64,000 nt of DNA, taken from the NCBI GenBank assembly GCA_013416795.1, contig RQSC01001332.1, positions 1-64,000 of the forward strand, given 5' to 3'. The notes under the pieces are model-generated. The model was not told the origin of the DNA and did not search any database. It worked only from the letters and a program-made list of their open reading frames with translations. This document shows positions 56,601-64,000 of this stretch, piece by piece; position 1 is the stretch's first letter, and the number at the start of each line of letters is the position of its first letter. A program made the translations under genes and the position numbers. The DNA comes from Prasinococcaceae sp. CCMP 1430. Its lineage: Eukaryota > Plantae > Prasinodermophyta.

Positions 56601-57608
56601 AGCAGCGCGCCCGAGGGGCTCCCAAGTGGCGCGCTGAGCACATCCGCCGCCCCGCCGCCGCCCGCTGCGCGCGCCGCCGCGCCACCCNATACGTACATTT
56701 GAAGGCACACGCACACACATGCATTTCAAACTCATCGACATCTGCATTCACACTGGCCAAGATAGAAACATTTAATTTGGATTGACCAAGATCTGGTGAA
56801 GGTCATAATGAATGTCCTTTGTGTTTGTAATGGAGTTTGATATGGGGTTTGTACGCGCATTAGCATTAGGGCACGCCGCGCGAGGCGGGCCTGGGGCCCC
56901 GCCAGGCGCGGGCTCGGCAGGGGAGGAGGGTGTGGGTGTGTATGCCGGCGTACGGCACACTGCGCGCGGCGAGCAGGCGAGCGGGCAGGCGGGCGGCGTC
57001 GCGCCGCTCGCCGGCCGCGTCCTTCGCCTTCCCTTGCCTCGCTGGCCGCTCGTTCCTGCGACCGCGGGCGCGGGCGAGAGGTGCGCGCGCGAGAGAGGGG
57101 AGCGGCGGCTGCGGCGGCTGCGCTCGCGCCGGGGGTCTGCGTGCGCTGCCGCCGTGCGTGCGCCCTCCTCTGCCTCGCGGCTGCCGCCGCCGCAGCGACG
57201 CGCGGGGGGCTCGCGTGCGCGCTGAGCTTGGCGCCCTCGCGCCGTGGCGCCCACGCGCCGTCTTTCCTTTTCATTTTGCGACCTCTCCGAGACGTGATGT
57301 TGCGTTGCTGCAAGCAATGCTGGCACCAGACTCGAGTCGCGGGCACCAACAACAACAACACGCCCGCGGCGGTGACGATCAACTTTGGCTGACTGATCCC
57401 GGACGTCGACGAACTCGACGCGCCCCGCGCGCGGGCCGCCGCGCGCGACGCGTGAAATGAGCGCGCGTGGCCGCACCGCCGCGCGTGCGATGCAGCCACT
57501 CCCCGGCGAGCCCGGCGCTGACTCGCCGCGCTCACCACGCGCACGCGCGCGCGCACGCACACGCGCGCTTCTTCCCCGTCGCACATCACGTTGCCAGCCA
57601 GCGCAGCC

Positions 57609-57845
57609 ATGGGCTGCGCGCGCGACGAGCTCGAGGGCACCTCCACGGTGTCCGAGCTCCGCAAGCACGTCGACGACTTCCGCAAGGCGTCGATGGAAGA
57701 GCACACCAAGTGACTCAAGGACACGCTGGGCTCGCTCTTCGGCGCGCTCGGCGGCGGCTCGGCCGCGACGTCCGACAAATCGGCGACCGCTGCCGCTGGC
57801 ACCGTGGCCCTGGACCTGCGCGCCAACGCACCGCCCGGGGCGTAG
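57609..57845 (+). CDS. Candidate small selenoprotein, 78 aa with an in-frame TGA (codon 35, 57711-57713) read as Sec
   Basis: GCCATGG start. Translation: MGCARDELEGTSTVSELRKHVDDFRKASMEEHTK-TGA-LKDTLGSLFGALGGGSAATSDKSATAAAGTVALDLRANAPPGA-TAG. Coding-type codon usage continues after the TGA, and there is a SECIS-like hairpin downstream. A short upstream exon (57457-57484) is possible. Confidence 0.7.
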
Positions 57846-57974
57846 GAAGCGCGGGCGCCGACGGCGCTCCTGCAGCACATGCGCACGTATTCGTCCGCAG
57901 GGCCACGCACGCACAAAGACGCAGGCGCACGCGCGAACGCGCCCGCATCCGCCGACCGCCAAGCAGCACGACGC

Positions 57975-58033
57975 ATGACGGGAGCTCTTCGCACAGAGCC
58001 GGCTCGCATCGAGCCGGCGGCGGGCCCCCCGAG
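57975..58033 (+). promoter_or_regulatory. Candidate SECIS element (type-II-like, non-canonical apical bulge)
   Basis: ATGAC core 5' strand (57975-57979) and CGAG 3' strand (58030-58033). A 13-position helix 57980-57992/58017-58029 has 11 pairs including 2 G-U. Unpaired ACAGAG, then a mini-stem CGGCTCG/CGAGCCG with a CAT loop. Confidence 0.6.
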
Positions 58034-59311
58034 CGACCGCCGGCCGACTCCTATCGCCACACCGCGAGAGTCGCCGGCGGGTGTGCCCGACGCCGAGGCA
58101 CGGCGGCGCCCCTTCGCTCCAAGGCATGCGTGCGCGTCGTGGGAGGAGAAATGAGCGCGTGCGCCATTCAGGGCTGTGCGCCCTCTCCGTGGGAAGGTGC
58201 GGACGCGAGCTCGCGCGCGTGCGCGTCCCCAACGCGTTGGGCATCGTGCGGGCGGGCGGGGAAGGGTGTGCTCGGGGTGCTGCAGCACACGCCGGCGCAG
58301 GATGGGACTTGTGCGTGCGTGTGCGCGTGTGTGAGGCCGCTCTCGCGCTGCTCGCGCGCGCGCGCAAGCCCGTTGTCACGCCGGTCGACCTTCTTCCCAC
58401 GGTCGTCTCGGCCCTCAAACTTTGTTATTTGGGCGAGAGCGAAGGGGGGCGCTAACTAAGCTTCGGTGCGGTTGGGGCCGCGGCAGGTGCCGCGCGCCCC
58501 GGGCCGTCCGCACACGTTGCGTGCCAATGTGTCCACACTCTTGACTCCCTCTTCTTCCTTGGGAGGCGCGCCCCAGCCGTGTGCGTGCGAGCGTTTGCTT
58601 CCGCCCTTGTCGCTGGCCGTCGGCTGACCGCACCGCCTCGATCGCGCGCGCGCAGGGCGCGCAGCCACCACCGCCGGCGCGAGCTCCTCTCCGCCTCGCG
58701 CCCACCACTCGAAGTTGTAACGTTTTGTACCCTACTACTACGACGTGCGCGCGTCCCTCTGCGCGCTGTGTGTTGTTGTGTCTTCTTCTCTGGGTGTGTG
58801 TCAGCGTTTGTGTGGTCGCAGGGCACAATCGCAGCCGTACCGTTGTGCTGACTGGAGTCCCAGGTCTGCCGCTTTGGAGGGCATCATGGAGGCGCGGGCG
58901 TGCCACATCGCGCACGCGCGCGATCGAGGGGCGGTCTGGCGCGCGCGCGCGCGTGCGTGCGGGCTGGCGGGGCGCTGCGGCCGGGCAGCACGCACGCCAA
59001 GATCGCGGTCGCGCGTGGAAGTTGCTGGCGAACGCCTGTTGGTGCCACATTATGCGCGCCACGCACGCGCGGAGGAGTGTCTCGAGGGTGGGGTAGGGGG
59101 GCTCTCTTCGCCGAGCCGCGCGCTGGCGTGCTGCTCGCAGGCACGCGAGCGCTCGTGCTGCGCGCAGCGCTCGTGCGCGAGGACGGACACACGTGTGTGC
59201 ACACACGCGCCCCCCAGAGCATCCCTGTCTCTCTCGCGCGCGTGCGCAAGCGAGCCCCCCCGCGCGCGCGCCGAGCTTGACGTGTGGTCTTAGAATAGGG
59301 TCGATCCTCAC

Positions 59312-59316
59312 TTACA
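59312..59316 (-). promoter_or_regulatory. Chlorophyte-type poly(A) signal TGTAA (example; others at 874, 5675, 7123, 11741, 29456, 51810)
   Basis: TGTAA on the coding strand roughly 10-110 nt downstream of the stop codon of several genes. Confidence 0.65.
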
Positions 59317-59373
59317 GGGCCGCGATCGCGGCGACAAGGCAGGGGCGTTTCGCGCTGTGAGCAATCTCTGCGC

Positions 59374-60417
59374 TTAGAACATCTCCTCCTCCTGGTGGGT
59401 CATGATGGTGCAGTCCGACGAGGGGTACGCCACGCAGGTGAGCACGAAGCCCTCGCCCATCTGGTCGTCGTCAAGGAACGACTGGTCCGACTGGTCGATC
59501 TCGCCGGCGGTGACCTTGCCCGCGCACGACGAGCAGGCGCCCGCGCGGCACGAGTAGGGGAGGTCGATGCCCTCCTCCTCGGCCTTGTCGAGGATGTACA
59601 TGTCCTCGGGGCACTCGATGGTCTGTTAAGCGTGTGCAGAAGAGGAAGGCCGGCCGTCAGCGCGCGCTCGCACAGAGGCGGAGAGGTGCGCGCAAGACGT
59701 GGCGCTCGCGCCTGGGGACTCGACGCGAGGGGTGCCTGCGCCGGGGGGCGCCGACAGCGGCGCGCGGCGCGAGCGAGGCGCCGCGCGGCGGCGGAGCGGC
59801 GGCGGCCGCCGGCGAGGGTTTCTCCCGCGGGGTTTTGCGCGCGCGCGCGCGCGGCCCCGATCGGTTCGGAGTGCAGGGCACCTCCCCACCCAACGCGATC
59901 GCGATCGCGATCGAGGGCCTCGCGAGCACCGCGGCGCCCTCCGCGAGGACCCTGATCCCCCCCGAGACCGCGCGCGATCGCCGCCCGCGCGCGCGCCTGC
60001 GCGCGCGCCCCCGCGCCCGAGATCCCGCCGCCCAAGCGCATCACCGAGGCGGCGACGAGCTCCGCCCTAGGCATGGCCCACGACGCGAAACCCATCACCC
60101 CACTCCCCACGCGCGGCGCGTCGCACGCCATCCCCGACATCTCCCCTCCCCCCTTACGAGCGCACACAAGCACCCCGCTCCCCCCACAGCCACCAGCGGC
60201 CGCTCGCGCGGGCGCTCCCCGCGCTCGCCGCGCTCCCCGCCGCGCTCTCCGCGCCCCTCACCTGCTCGCCGTCGGGCGTCACCAGCGTCACGGTGTACAT
60301 GGCCGTCACCGAGCGCGCGTTCACCGGCTTGAGGCCGAAGCGCGCCGAGGCGCGCGGCGCGCGGAGCGCCACGGGGCGGGCGGCGAGCGACATCGAGGAG
60401 AGCTGGGCGGCGGCCAT
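59374..60417 (-). CDS. PETF: Plastid [2Fe-2S] ferredoxin; intron 60261-59623
   Basis: Transit peptide, [13 protein letters not shown]|[37 protein letters not shown]...[13 protein letters not shown] at 59316-59312. Confidence 0.97.
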
Positions 60418-60995
60418 TGTGTGTGGAGGGTGTGTGTGTGCGTGTGGTGAGGTGTGGCGCGTGCTCGCCACGCGCCACTCACGTCACCCGCGCGTGGCAC
60501 ACACACGCTCCCTCGCCATCCCCGAAACCCCTTTGAAATTACTGACGTAAAATCCATGATATGCATACGCATGCGTAATCAGAGAAAAAACGCGGTTGAG
60601 GAGTGACGAATTCGCGGCTTCCGCGGGGCGCGCGCCGCCCCCGCCCACGCGCGCGCGCACGCGAGCACACACACATACAATCGATGATGAGCAGCTTGAG
60701 CGACTTGGCGCGCGCGCGCCCCGCTCGGATCATAATCGCGGTTTAATTTCAAGTATGCAAAAACCGCTGAATGCGTCCCTAAAAATATATAATAACATGT
60801 ACATGAAGGTGTGCGTTTTTAGTATTTCAGAGTGCCATTCCGTCGATCACGTGGCCACCCCTGGCGCCGGCCCGGCCGGCCGCCGCGGGCCACACGCGCC
60901 ACCGAAACATCGGATTGGATTTGAAAACGAAATTACAGCGTGAAACAGACGCATGTAAGGTCTAAGCATGAGACAATGCCGGCGGGCGGGGGTGC

Positions 60996-61317
60996 ATTTG
61001 GAGCGCGTTCCTCCGCGAAGCGCACGCCCGCGCGCGCGCGCGCGACGCGCGCCAAAACCGCAGTTCGGTTTCAAGATGTACATAACGCCGTTAAAATCTT
61101 GACTTCGAAATGCATTATGAACTTCCATTGCGACAAGCGGAGGTGGATTTGGACGGCCGCCCTCCGCGAAGCGGCGCGCGCGCGCGCCGTCGTCGCGAAA
61201 CCCGCAGAACGATTTTAGGAGCTTCAAAACTTCGTGAAAATCACGAGCCCAAAATGCATTAAGACCTTGACTTGCGTGCAGCTGAGGCTTATTTGGAGCC
61301 GAGCGCTCCGCGAAGCG
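60996..61317 (+). repeat. Three copies of ATTTGGA-N8-CTCCGCGAAGCG
   Basis: Copies start at 60996, 61147 and 61291. Confidence 0.85.
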
Positions 61318-62289
61318 GCTCGTTTAGCGGATGAGGCTCGGCGGCTCGCGCGCCGCACCGCGGTCTCGCGCGACGACATTAAGGGTACGGATACAGGGTT
61401 TATATGATTCATCAGATCGCATTGGAAAGCTGCGAGGTTTTGAGGGAGAGTTTGGGGGCGCGTGGCGCAGCAGCGAGCCTCGCCCGCGGCCGGGGCCCCG
61501 GAGGGCGGAGCCCCCGTCCGGCCCTGCTCTGCTCTCGCCGGCTGAGGGCCCCCCCGCCCGCGTGGCGCCGGCTGCCGCGTGCGCGTGTTTTGTTTTCGTT
61601 TGCGCGTGGGCGTGGGCGAACGTGCGGCGACGGCGCGGCTCAAGGCGACGAGGCTCGCTGCCCTCTGCTCCGCGCTGGCACCGCGCCACACGCAGTCACG
61701 CACGCATGGACGTGAGTGACATGAATGTGCTGTGCCCACGCGACTTTTTATCCGCGTTAACTATATTTATGTATGCAAAATAGATGCATATTCGACGGTT
61801 CCTTAAGAATTGGGTTGCGCTACAATGTGTTTATTATTTCTCCGTGAAACCCTCGGATGGGAATGTTGAGAATGAAAAGTGTATACAAACACACATATTC
61901 GACGGTTCGTAATTTTTCGACGTCTCTAACGCGAATTGGCTCGGGGCCCGCCTCGGCGTGCGCCCGCCCGCAGGGGAGTCCCTCGGCGGCGCGCGTGCGG
62001 ACGTTGAGGTTATGCGTTTGGGGTTTGTGTGCGCGTGCGTCGAAAGGGTCCACGAAAAGGCGGATTACACACTCGAATTTCAAACCGCGATATGTGGCGT
62101 GGTCCGAAATACGTGCATGTGTATATCAGGGGCGACAATGGAATCCATTTTTATACGGAATATATATTTGTCAAAAATTCTTCGAACTCCGAGATACAAA
62201 CACGTTTGATTATGGAATTTATTGAATGGAGTCCACGGCAATGTCACGGAACCCAAAAGCGGATCGCGCGCATGTGGCGCGAGTGCGCG

Positions 62290-64000
<1,711 letters not shown>

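Noticed and set aside
58151-58195. Second ATGA-initiated hairpin as an alternative SECIS
   Set aside because: The stem can form, but there is no GA on the 3' side to complete the core.

Overview
Gene-dense, very GC-rich eukaryotic nuclear DNA from a green alga, probably prasinophyte-grade. The evidence is plastid transit peptides on ferredoxin and thioredoxin-y, short GTGCGY...GCTGAC...YAG introns, and TGTAA poly(A) signals just downstream of several stops. It is a draft assembly. There are six N-runs and seven single-n joins, and several genes lack 5' or internal parts, most likely through assembly collapse. I can support about 30 protein genes or fragments and one tRNA-Leu(CAG). Most long ORFs in the supplied track are GC shadow frames or microsatellite read-throughs. 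The top finding is a small gene missed by the ORF track (57609-57845, +). It has an in-frame TGA at codon 35, coding-like sequence on both sides, and a SECIS-like hairpin about 130 nt downstream, making it a candidate selenoprotein from a family I do not recognise as a described selenoprotein. Other notable items: an NPSN SNARE apparently carrying a large Pro-rich/ShK-like ectodomain; (TG)n/(CA)n introns with self-complementary polarity; a standalone ZNF451-type PIN domain; a duplicated LRR/patatin-tail locus; and a 27-bp bipartite motif repeated at about 147-bp spacing. Family assignments come from motif recognition and memory, not database searches.
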